From Octopus sinensis (lineage: Eukaryota), in assembly GCF_006345805.1 (NCBI RefSeq), contig NC_043008.1, positions 28,768,001 through 28,832,000 on the forward strand: DNA of 64,000 nucleotides, given 5' to 3'. The notes under the pieces are model-generated. The model worked only from the letters and a program-made list of their open reading frames with translations, searched no databases and was not told the origin of the DNA. Position 1 is the stretch's first letter; each line of letters opens with the position of its first letter. Positions 52,330 through 64,000 of this stretch are shown piece after piece. A program made the translations under genes and the position numbers.

Positions 52330-53800
52330 TTGATTATAAGTACTGGACCGGAAAAACACTAATGGTGATTTTGACAAAACCATGGGCGCTGCCGATTCCA
52401 CCCAGGTTACTAACTTCCTAGGTTATATACATACTATGTCATTTCCATTGTGAATTTGTAGACATTAAAGGTCGCCTCAATAAAGATGATGCTCTAGTTT
52501 TTGAAACAGAAATCTGTAGAAGAAAAAATTCCGTAATTAGTTTTAAATATTACGTTTGTCTATCTGTAGAAAATGAACTTGATTCAGTTAATCACCTGAT
52601 GTGAATCTGAACCTTCTTCCTTGCTTATATAGTTCGTATCATAAACCCAAATATAATTGAGAATATATCAACTTTCATAGTAACTATCCTAAAGTGATAG
52701 GAAGACATTTGATTAATAACATTTCTAGAGTTGTTTTTATTTATCGTCCAATGAGGAAATCTTAAATAATAATGCCGTATATTATAATGATGCTCATTAA
52801 AAAGCAGTATACTGGAATAGATTAGCATATTGTAATAAGAATGGAAACTCAAAAATGTCTTTCTATAATAATGGAAAATTGGTTGACATCTAAGTGAGTA
52901 TATCTAATATGAGAACAGTATCCAATAGATTCGTAAATATTTATGATTCGGTTAACAGTGGTAATGATATTATTAGGAACAAGTGTAGTAAATACATTCT
53001 GTATGAAAATAGATAAATTAAAAGACTTAAGTTTAAGGATAAGTATATGGCCTAATAATGTTAATTATAATGACGATAATTATATTTAGTTTATCCTTCA
53101 TTACGCAGGACAAATAAGAACGAATTTGGTAAAGCTGTTTTACAGATCTATATCGAAGCATTTTAATAAAGAATATAAATATAATAAAATAATTAATAAT
53201 GAAAGGATTAGAATAGGTTTTTCTCTATCTAAAAATTTGTTAAAATTTATAACTTTCTTTAGTAATGAAAGATTAGACAATTTTTACAATAACACAAATG
53301 TTACTGTTACAGTGAATGATCTAGCTAGGAATTGTGGTTGTAGATATAAGGATAATTTTTGTTTTAATAATGTTTGTTTACAGAAAATTAGTGTATATAG
53401 ATGCAAGGTTGATTCGCAACGGAAACATTATTTTTATATAGGATCAACTGAAAACTGTATTTAAAAATTGATTGCAAACCGTGGGTACACATTGGAGAAT
53501 AGGGATAGGTATATATAGGTATTTAGATTATTTTTTTAGGATCTAGCCGCTCTTTCACACGGAAATTCGTCTGTCGTTGAATTTTGGCTCTAATAGGACA
53601 TATATAATTGAATTGAATTGTTTATATATCATATAATGTATATAAGTTGAAACAAGTTGCTGGATCTTTGTTTTTTGATAATTTTGTGCTATCATTCCAT
53701 ATATAATATTCATTGTATATTATGTTATATTATTATATAAATGAATTATTGGATAGTCAATTGTATCTCTCTATTTAATTTATTGTTTGTCATTTCCATA
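52330..53800 (+). mobile_element. Degenerate Neptune-type Penelope-like element (RT, Cys linker, GIY-YIG start, pLTR)
   Basis: GDFDKTMGAADSTQVT (RT motif B), KDDAL (YRDDGL-like), SNYPKVI..SSNEEI thumb-like segment, ORF 53126..53464 NCGCRYK..C..C..VYRCKV..YFYIGSTE (GIY-YIG). Confidence 0.7.
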
Positions 53801-56800
53801 ATACCTATATTTATCATCCTTTAATCCGTTCAGTACCTGAGTTCCTCAATTCTCTGTACTCAAATAATTCCTTCAAGTTACGTCTACCTACCTACCTACC
53901 TACCTACCTACTAAGCATACACAAAGGAAGAGAGAGAGATAGGGACTGTCTATCTGAAAACCACGGAAATATTTACCTGTTTAAAGACGATGGCAATATT
54001 TACAGAACATTTCACTTAATTTATTTTACTCCAATTTAATTGTTTTTCTTATTTTACACTCAGTCGAAAAGTCTAAAACCGCTACTAAACCGTACTTCAT
54101 GATGAGATTATTTTGGCATTTTCTATCTTGTCTTATCTTACAAGTCGAGTGTTACGTTTCTACCTTCTACACACAAAACCACGTATATATATCCATACAC
54201 ACAAACATATATACACTCACATACATACACATATTACGTCCCCCTCCGAATATTTCCTCTAATAATCGCAGTATTAATACCACCAAATGCATGCCACATG
54301 TTTATATTCAGTTAATGCAGGGTAGAACTGAATCCTTAACAATCTGTCTAAATTATCATTTCAACTTCATTTAAACTTCGACTTAGAATTTACAAGTTGG
54401 CAGCAAGTTTAAATTGTGATGACCAATTTTAAGTTAGTCTTTTCAAGTTAATATTTTAATGAATGATGGTAAACTTGGTTGTAACGATGGTTGTAAAAGA
54501 GCTGATATTGAGGTTACTTATAATCTCCTATGAACTTATGGCAATATTATTTGATAACAGCAAGTTTTGAAAAACTTATATAAATGCGATATTACTTTCA
54601 TGCACTTGCTTGTGTCTGAGCATATATTTTCTTATTTATATTGTAATCATGGACACTATTGTTACCATGCATTCGTGCTCTTGTGTCTCCGTGAAATATT
54701 ATACTTATGTGTGTATTTTTCTAAGTGCATGATTTTGATGGTATTGTATAATTATTTCTTGGCTGAATTTTCTGATATGGAAAAGCAACCATTCATATTT
54801 CCAATACATTTTGATAGAATGGTTTCAAAAGTACCGACCTCTAGATTGATGTCGCTATGTTAAGGTATGTACATAAAGATATGTTTGGAAAGAAAAAAAT
54901 ATGCCATTTCTTTTTTCATGAAAACATACTTTGTCATTATATCTAGCAGCTTTCTGTATGAGTTTCAGAGAATATATAGAACGAAGAAGACGCAATAATA
55001 TCAAATCTATCAGAATAACGAGAAATCTATATCATACCTTTTTTTTATTATGAAATGAAATTTTTTGTCTAAGGGAGCGTATTCTTTACATCCCAAACTG
55101 GATTTATACACAAGTCACTTGTCAAATTTGTTTTGACACTCATGACACGAAATAATTCATTTGTTGTTGGATTGGAAAGCAGCAAAGAAATGCATGACAA
55201 CAATGAAATCTTAATATTCCTAATTCTAAATAGATACTGCCATGCGTTACTCACTCACTGTCATACAAGAATGCTTCAACTAGTAGATATCGCTATCTTC
55301 TTTCTGTTTCATGTTTGTTGTCTCCAACTCTATTGATACTAGAAGTTTTCATATGAAAAGAAATAATATTTGAGAACTAATTCTAACACTGAAGGGTGAA
55401 ATAGGAAATTGAAAAGTTTTCAACACATTGTTTGATGTTGAAGTATCTTAAATATCAGCATATCGATATTATAGAGTAGTACACTTGCATAATTCCAGAA
55501 ACTTTTTGTATGTAATATTAGCAATGTGTCTGAAAATCCGTATCTTAGTTCCGTGAATATACACAATGAAAAAATTCTTAAGTAATTTCTTCTTATCATG
55601 TCAAAGAATCTTAGGAATATTGCAAATCATGAAGTAAAACAGAGAAACAACAAAATCAGTAATGTGATAAGGAACCAATATATAAGTAAACATTCTACAA
55701 ATTATAAGAGATTACTTCAAAGTAAAATTACTCTGTGTTCTTCAGTTTCGCTGTCAGAATATATAGTGTTTGATCGAAATAATTTCTATGTAATTCTACA
55801 CCCCATCTTCTATCATTTGATACTTTATTTAATGTAAATACCGGAGGATTTGTCGGTTTCATAAATGATTGCTTAATTGTGCAAGATCCGTTACGTGAAA
55901 TTTGTCATTGCAGTAGATGAAAGTTCAAACTAAAGTATTTCATAGCATTGTATTGGAAGCTGACTATGAATTTATTCTCTGTTTTATTTTGGAAATCAAT
56001 TTAAATTTCTATGCAATTATTACAAATATTAATCATTGTTTTCTTTTTGTAGAAGTTAGAGCGTGTATCATGTATCATGCGACTGCGTATTAAACATAGA
56101 AATAATTAAAATAATATTTATTTAGTTTGAACATATTTGGTAATAAAATACCATCGAAATACAACAAAAACAATAAACATATGTTATATTCAAAATCGTT
56201 TCCTTACGTCTCTTTATTTATTTTACAGTGCACATATGCGAATGTGTCGAGAGCAACTTACACATATCTAGAAAGTGAATCACATCTAGTAAAAGATAAT
56301 TATGAAAAACGAAAAAGTAAAATTGTAAAATTCCGAATGTCACTATTATAGTTTTCATTCGGGTTTCACAATTGTAGTGATGACATAAAATTAAGAAAAG
56401 AGAAGCAGTTGCCTAGTATTGTATGCAGTGTTCATGAACCTACGAAATGGAAGATCAATTGTTTCAATTATACAACTGGATAATTCATATTGAGAAGCAT
56501 ACAGAAAAAGTATTGATGGTAACCGACAAGACACTGTCCATAGTGTGTACATATATGATATTATTCCTGTACACTGATGCCATATATTCCATCCATTCCA
56601 TAAAATCCGATAAAAATCTCAACTATTCAAAATATTGAAATTACAAACGGCATTTGAGTATGTACCTGTGCGTTTATGTATGTGCGTTTCTGTGTGAGTG
56701 TGTGCACGTTCGCGTTTTATATGTGATTATACGTCAGTATGTCTGTAAGCATGCATTAATTCATGCACGTGTGTATGTTTGTATATATCATTTATATATG

Positions 56801-57484
56801 CACCTTTTGCCATCAGCGACAATGCTCCGAGTAGTTTGCCTTCTTTTTTGCATGGGGCGCATAAGATTGTATTAGAATACAGGGTAATTCCTTCAGTGAC
56901 TGTACAAATATTTATTTCCCTTATCTTCAAACAGAATAGAGTGATATATAAAAGGTTCTAGGTGCTTATCAGGTTAACTCAGTGCAGATAATTTAATGGA
57001 CGCCTTACGTTCTTTTGTACTATGAAACAAGTAAAAAAACAAAAGACACGGCAAGCTCTTTTTTAGACAATCATTAGTGACTAACTATCAAAATTGTTGG
57101 TATTTTCTGGTAGATACAAAACCTCAAAAAACACAAAGCTGCAAGTTCCGAACTGTAGCTTAATCTCTGTCTGTCAGCGCAGCAGTAACAAGCCCTGCTA
57201 GGGAGCATTTCTTTCTGTGAAATGTTTTGGATGATGGATTTGCCATACGCCAGTTCTTGTCAGCCAGAGATATTTCATGTATAATTTTGGTGCCAGTGTC
57301 ATAGATATCCAAACACGACCAGACTGGAATTTTTCCTTACGTTTAGTAATGCTGAAGTTCTTTAGAAATGTTGGTCATGATACATGTCTTCATTTATAGC
57401 CGAATGAACTTAAAAACTATTTCACCACCCATAAGGAAATGCTGAACACATTGCTAAAATACCTTGATTAAGGGAACAGTTGCA

Positions 57485-57537
57485 TGTATACATGTGTATG
57501 TGTGTGTGTGTATGTCTGTGTGTATGTGTGTATTTGT

Positions 57538-57573
<36 letters not shown>

Positions 57574-57590
57574 TTATGTATGTATGTTGA
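57485..57590. repeat. (TG)n microsatellite
   Basis: Direct. Confidence 0.9.
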
Positions 57591-58297
57591 TATTAACATA
57601 TTGAAAAGACAGATTCCATTCTCCGACATCGGAGATAGTTTCACTAACAATTTGCCAAGGTATTCAGATATATTGTAACCTGGATGCACATCATGAGGTT
57701 GAATATGATGAAGATATTCATGAACAGCTGCTATCTACTTTTAAAGAGAAATACAGAAGTCAATCACCGGTACGTCTTTCAAGCGAGTAAATCCTCTGAA
57801 ATTTTCACCTACTCAGTCCCCTCTCTAATTATATAAAATACTCTAATTGAGAGTGCTGCAATGGGCAGCAGAGTGAAATAGATATTGCTAATGTTGAATA
57901 AACAAGAACACTTTTTATTGACTGTTCGATGTGAAAGATTTAGCGGGAAAATAATAAAATCTCAATGTTGGACAAACACCATTGTTATAGAGAGAGGAGC
58001 TCTACGAGGGGAAAAATATACCTACATGTATACTCAAGTTGTGTTTGTGATGGAGCCAAACCATTGAAAGGATTAAACATATTACAAGTGGAAAAATTGT
58101 TATCATGAATATGTTTCTATTAACTAAAAAATTATCGTTCGCCTTAGTCGAAATTTTTTCAATTTCAATTAATATTTTATGCTGCCAAATTACTAATAAA
58201 AAAATGACATCTATAATATTCATATGTATATACTTCAAACGAAAGCAATTACGTCTAATAGTTTTAATATATGTTGTTTCAAATTAAATGGTAATAC

Positions 58298-59022
58298 TAT
58301 ATCAGGATCTTTTCCCTTTCAACGGTAGATCGAGAAATTAATTTTTTGTAGCTAAACACTTTCAAACTTCGGACACTGGTATAAAAGTGTCATATAAAAC
58401 ATTTTTTACTCTTAGCGTTTTTGAGAATAACGAGCTTATTTCATTTTAAAGTTGTCATATTTCGGTAATTTCAGCCAATCAATGGCGTGTATTCAGATGA
58501 ATAAAATTGCTGCGGTTTTTGTCAACAACAACTATAGGCAGTGTATATTTCGTTTGTCATTGTTATTTATGACATCGTTCGTGCGTTTGTACTGGTTTTA
58601 ACTTTAATCTTTTAACTTTAAGCTTTTAGGGTAAGGTTTTTAGGGTTAGGGTTTTAGAGTTAGGGTTAAGGCTAGGGTAAAGGTTGGGGTTTTAGGGTTA
58701 GAGTTACAAAAAAAAAACTTTAAAATAAAGAAATTGGAGGAGTAGGGGGCAAAGACGTCTTTCCGAAAATAGTAGCTGAAAAACAGGAAAAAAAACTAAA
58801 AGCAGCTATTTTATTCAGTTGAATATGTCAGTGGTTGGTTGAAATTACCGAAATACGACAATTTAAACACGAAATAACTTCATAAATCTTAACTTTTCTC
58901 AAAAACGCTAAGAGGAAAACATGATTTATATGACACATTCTACCAGTATACGAATTTAAAAGTGTTTGGTTACAAAAAAATATTTTCTAAATCGGCCGGT
59001 CAAAAGGTAATGATCACTATAT
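58298..59022. mobile_element. MITE of about 725 bp with about 215-bp imperfect TIRs and an internal TTAGGG-like array
   Basis: Left gta(g)ctaaacactt..gtgtcatataaaa..ctcttagcgtttttgagaa..tatttcggtaatttc..tgaataaaat..gctgc has an inverse match at about 58800-59022; tatat at both ends. Confidence 0.85.
58626..58706 (+). repeat. Degenerate telomere-like (TTAGGG)n array
   Basis: ttagggtaaggtttttagggttagggttttagagttagggttaaggctagggtaaaggttggggttttagggttagagtt. Confidence 0.85.
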
Positions 59023-59281
59023 CATAGGACACCGTATGTTGCCGAACTGGCACATACGAAATAGAGTCGGAATATACCGTAACATAATTGTTTCAGGCTT
59101 TTGCTTTCTGATTTCAAATCAAACCAAAGTAATAGAAATATTCTCGGTGCAGAAACAATATATAGCAGTGTCGATTTCACACACCTCTTTTTACGTCCAT
59201 CTCTATTACATAGTGCACGCCTACAACAATGACACACACGAATGAATGAATGTATAAATAGCTAAATATGCGTAGTCATCA

Positions 59282-59317
<36 letters not shown>

Positions 59318-60479
59318 AATAATTATATACATATATATATATATATACAAATATATTTATATATATATACACACACACATATATATATATATATACACAC
59401 AAAACCTTATCATTTTAGTGAGTTTGTCTACATTTCATTGTTGATATTACCCAGTACTGGATAGGCTGTCTTTTAGTTGCAAATAACTGAAGTATTTTCT
59501 TTTAGAAATTTGCTCATTTCATATTAGACTTGCCCTTTACATAATTACAGTAATTATCAAGCGACATACAATTGATTTATTCTCGTTATATGAAAATGTT
59601 TCATAGTTACCAAGGAATAAATAACTGGAATGAGCGTACGTCATCACAAAGATGACCGATAATGGTCAGTGTAGTATTTGATGTTATTATTTTTGAGACT
59701 TCACTTTTCCAGTTTTTCATAACATTTAGTCAACCCTCGGCAAGCTTCAGCAGCATTATTTGTCGAAAATACTAAAAACAAATCTCTTCAAATCCACAGC
59801 ATCTTTGGTTACATATCAACAGACAATAGTTCCATGTTCACGTAGATGCTAATGCCGTTATGGAGACAGTTTCTTTGAAGCTAGTCTTTGCATTTTATGG
59901 GGATATATTTAGGTCCTGGTCTCAAACTGAGGATCAATGTGTAATGGTTTGAGACCTTACTGTAATTCTAGGTTTGACATTAGGTAAAAGTGTTTCTGTA
60001 ATTCCTTGTTTTATTAGTCATGTAATCAGATAAGCGTTTCCCCTATGATAAGCTAACTAATCAGATTCAATGATTGATTGTTTGTATTCAAACAGCATAT
60101 AATTTGACAGCTTTGTGGGTATTTCACACATGAGACAGGTAAATTCATCAGAAACGTTAATGCCACCGAATGAATTGTTAGTCAATGGTACAATACTTCA
60201 CTCTGATATATCCTGTTCACATTTTTTACACGAATTGGATACATTTGTCCTTCGCAGTCTACAGACAACTCTGAAAAATGTGTGTTTTATTCGCCTACTT
60301 CTCCGACATTATTCCTCTGCTTTCTCTCTCTAACACTTTTCATCTTCAACTTGCAACTAATATATGAATTTTTGGTGTAAAATTGCATACATAAATATCT
60401 TATAATTCTTTACCCACGTTTTATGCAAATTAATCTATTTGATTCATGACAAGTGTCAGACATTACTTACAAAAATATT

Positions 60480-60960
60480 TATGCTCAATGCAGCATCCAA
60501 TTCTGAAGGATTCGAAACAAATAATTTTTTCGAAGAATTAAGTGGACAGCCGAAATAAATGAAAAACATGCCGACAACAGAATTTTGTGAGCAAATATTG
60601 ATGGAAAAGAATTGCTATTAGAAGATGCTGTCGAACTACTGATTGGTAACAACAATACTAGCAAGTTTGCAGGGAATGAACAACAATTTCAGTAAGGAAA
60701 CTGATGTCACAGTTACGAGATTTCTGTAATGACTCTTGAGAATGACATCACGGATATTGACATGTGATCAAAAGCGGATGTCCTGTAATATCAAAATCTT
60801 AGACATTTAATGGAATTCATTATCCGGAAATAACATTAGTAAATATATAATTTAAGTTTAGCACATGATTCTACTCAAAAACCGTTCTAAACGTTAAGCT
60901 ATTAGAGAACACCGATCAATGAACAAATGATGATACAGTCTTTCAATAAATTTAGTTTGA
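60480..60960 (+). mobile_element. Possible very old LINE RT remnant
   Basis: IKSGCPVISK (QGCPLSP-like) and LAHD (YADD-like) in broken frames; weak. Confidence 0.3.
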
Positions 60961-61560
60961 AATGAGTGGGAAAAAGTACCCGCAGAGAAACCTACTTCGA
61001 CATGTCATTAAATATGATGCACGAACTAAAAATTCATGCCATATTAAAACAACAAAACTCTTTTCATTTTTCTATTTCCGTTTTATCACAATTACACTGT
61101 GTATATATTTATAATATTCACGTATTTGAATATATATGGCATACAAGTGTGTGTGCGTGTTTGTATGTGTATGCCTGTAGGCTTACATACGCTAGTGTGC
61201 ATTGATCTATCCCTCTTTCAGTCGAAATGCATCTAACACTATTTATGTATATATGTACGTATATATGCATGCATGTATGCATGTATCCAACGATGTATTT
61301 TCTTTCTCTCTATTTATTTAAATCTATCTATTCTCAGACTCTCTAGCTCTCTGTCGCTCTTTGTCTTTATGTACACACACATATACACACATACACACAT
61401 ACATATATGCACATTTTTTGCATAGAATTATCTAATATCTTGTGTAAATCGAGATTCCTAACTTGCTTGTTATTACAATTACTCCTCTTCCTGTTCAATT
61501 TCGAATGTCTTCAACACTTGGAACAATATTCTATATAGATAATCGATATATATATATATA

Positions 61561-61875
61561 AGGCGCATGGCTCAGTGGTTAGAGCGTCGAGCTTACGATC
61601 GTGAGGTTGTGAGCTCGAATCCCGGACCGGGGTGCGTGTTGTGTTCTTGAGCAAGACACTTTATTTCACGTTGGTCCAGTTCACTCAGCTGTAGAAATGA
61701 GTTGCGATGTCACAGGTGCCAAGCTGTATCGACCTTTGTCTTTCCCTTGGATAACACTGGTGGCGTGGAGAAGGGAGGCCGGTATGCATGGGCGACTACT
61801 GGTCTTCCATAAAAAAACCTTGCCCAGACTTGTGCCTCAGAGGGTAACTCTCTAGGTGCAAACCCATGGTCACTC
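61561..61875 (+). mobile_element. tRNA-derived SINE family C with Pol III A and B boxes
   Basis: A box TGGCTCAGTGG, B-box-like GCTCGAATCCC, followed by gtgttcttgagcaagacacttt core and about 250 bp of non-tRNA body. Confidence 0.85.
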
Positions 61876-61879
61876 ATGG

Positions 61880-62000
61880 GTACTTATTATATCGGTCTCT
61901 TTTGCCGAACCGGTAAGTGACGGGGACTTAAACACACCAACATCGGTTGTCAAGTAAAGCTAGGGGGACAAACACAGACACAAACATGTACACACACACA
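61880..62000 (-). mobile_element. SINE family B fragment
   Basis: tatcggtctcttttgccgaacc..acggggac..aacatcggttgtcaag is the inverse of the family B body. Confidence 0.7.
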
Positions 62001-62063
62001 CATATATATATATATATATTTACATGCATACCTACATAAAATATATATACATACACACACAAA

Positions 62064-62122
<59 letters not shown>
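62001..62122. repeat. (TA)n/(CA)n microsatellite
   Basis: Direct. Confidence 0.9.
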
Positions 62123-62123
<1 letters not shown>

Positions 62124-62859
62124 TGAATGGTGCGTGTAACGTGTGCCTCAGTGATCGTCGTGCGTGCGTAAATGACCTGAATGCGCTCTATGAATGTTTA
62201 TGTGTGTGTGTGTATTATGTCATATGTAAAGAAGCATATGTTTGTTTTGGAAGCGATGAAATGTATCATAGTACAAGTAGAAACCTATATTTTTCAACGG
62301 CAAGTACTGATATAACAGCATATATAGGATAACATCCTACAGAGCAGAAAACTCCTGTCAGCAATCAGCCACGAAACTAGAACTCACATCTCTTTAGTTT
62401 TTGGTCAAAATGTTTTACTATTCAAGCTAGCGTTCCTATATGAGTTTATAAATTCTAAATTGTAGATGAATTTGTCAGCACAGCAGTGTAGCCTAAATGG
62501 CAATGCACTTTAACCGGAAAATAAAACGTTGTTATTCCGAGCCTCATAGCTCGTTGCTTACAGGATTTTATCCTTACATATGCTATTCTACTAGTACTTA
62601 CGCGTTGAAAAAATATATCTTTCTACTTATATATACATATATATACATTGAGAAAAGTGAGGCAGTCAGAATTTTAGATAATGCTTTATTAGCGCTTTCG
62701 TTTGTGTTCGTTTAACAGAAGAGAAAATTTAAACCCAAAAGGATAAAAAACGAAACGCTTCCTCGTTTCTTAAATTGATCCGATGCTCTCTGTTTTGCTT
62801 AGAAGAGGAAACAATTATTTTGAGTATTTTGGCGTGAAAGGGCGAAAGAGAAAATGAGG

Positions 62860-63730
62860 AGAGCAGGACAAAGAGGGAGAAATGATAGACAGTGAGAGAG
62901 AGAGAGAGATAGAGTGAGAAAGAAACAGAGAGATATATATTCCATTATATTGTTTGTTTAGAAGTGAAGACATATTTTTCCTTGGAGAAAACAAAAATAG
63001 GAAGCAGGATAATCGAGAAAAGGGGCAGGACAAACAGAGAGAGAAACAGACAGACAGGCACACAGAGGTTTCCTTTCAATCTGATGTGATCAACCCACAG
63101 ACATTTCATTACTAAGCATTTTTTCTGTAATTATATGTAATTATACAGAATATGGGGTTTGGCTCTACAGTTGTAAACAAATGTACATTTTCATTGAACT
63201 TTGAACTCTTATTTTCATACATTATTCTGGTGACATGCCCACTTATGTATCAAAACATTTTTCTTCTTCCTCTCTTGTCTTATCCTTCCCATGCTACTTC
63301 CTAAGATTGACATCTTGGAAAGTCATTTAGCCACTACCTCCTACTATGAGAAAATGTGTATTATTTTGCTTTTTCAGCCACTTGATTGCAGCTATGCGGG
63401 AGCACCGCCTTGTATATTTACAAATATCGTGATAGGTATGCAATGGAAAGTGGAGGAAAAAACAAGAAAAATATTTCTAATGAAATTTTAATGAGTTCAT
63501 CACAGCAACTTGTACAGTACCTACCCCCCACACTCTCTCTGTCTATACTTCCTCTTTTTTGCTTTATTTCCTCTTTCTCGATTTTCCTGCTTTCTATTTT
63601 CTTCTTCCTCTCTTTTCTCCAAAAGAACAAAATTTAATCACCTTCTAAACAAACAATATATCTCAAAAGAAACTTTCTCTCTCTCTCTCTGTATCTTTTC
63701 CCCCCTCTTTGCTTTTCTTTCTTCATTGTT
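62860..63730. repeat. Diverged inverted repeat pair (about 200-bp arms, about 470-bp spacer)
   Basis: tatattgtttgtttagaag and aaaatag(g/a)aagcagga(t/a)aatcgagaaa at 62946-63020 are inverse matches to 63575-63661. Confidence 0.7.
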
Positions 63731-64000
63731 CTGCAGCTTATCTATTTTCTTTCTTTAAAAAAACATAAATATATATATACAGGTTTGAAGGTGTATATGT
63801 GCATTTGCCCGTCATTAATGTCCTTTTTATCTCCAAGTCTGATGTTTTACGTTCGTTAGTGCGTACCTATAAACAGACTAGACTCATTGATAGATTCCCT
63901 GCCCCACAATCATATATGTGTCGGATGGGGTCGATGTGCATGCATCAGCACACACACAGACAGATAGACACACACACACACAAACACAGGTATATATATG

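Noticed and set aside
58626-58706. True telomere or chromosome fusion site
   Set aside because: Short, degenerate, single orientation and enclosed by MITE TIRs
61561-61635. tRNA gene
   Set aside because: A and B boxes are present but acceptor and anticodon stems do not pair and it continues into a SINE body; treated as a SINE head

Overview
AT-rich eukaryotic non-coding DNA packed with microsatellites and transposable-element (TE) remnants. From my recall of the SINE, Penelope and R4/Dong families it resembles a cephalopod (Octopus-like) genome; this is an inference, not a database result. No intact host protein-coding gene, rRNA, functional tRNA or CRISPR array is supported, and most ORF-track entries are microsatellite read-throughs or TE fragments. 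Left part (about 2-35.6 kb): a nest of nine fragments/copies of R4/Dong-like non-LTR retrotransposons (RT + CCHC + restriction-like PD..D endonuclease) from several lineages, most abutting (TAA)n arrays on their own sense strand, plus Tx1/L1-like fragments, a Penelope-like GIY-YIG/pLTR with a decayed hammerhead motif, tRNA-derived SINEs and foldback MITEs. Right part (about 36-64 kb): (TA)n/(CA)n/(GATA)n-rich, with a full-length frameshifted DD34D mariner and its deletion derivative, a DD37D maT remnant, an RTE RT remnant, a Neptune-like Penelope remnant and long-TIR MITEs, one of which carries a TTAGGG-like array. Best leads: multi-lineage strand-specific (TAA)n targeting, the TTAGGG-bearing MITE, and several ribozyme-like motifs at retroelement ends. 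All alignments and identities were judged by eye and boundaries are approximate unless TSDs/TIRs are quoted.
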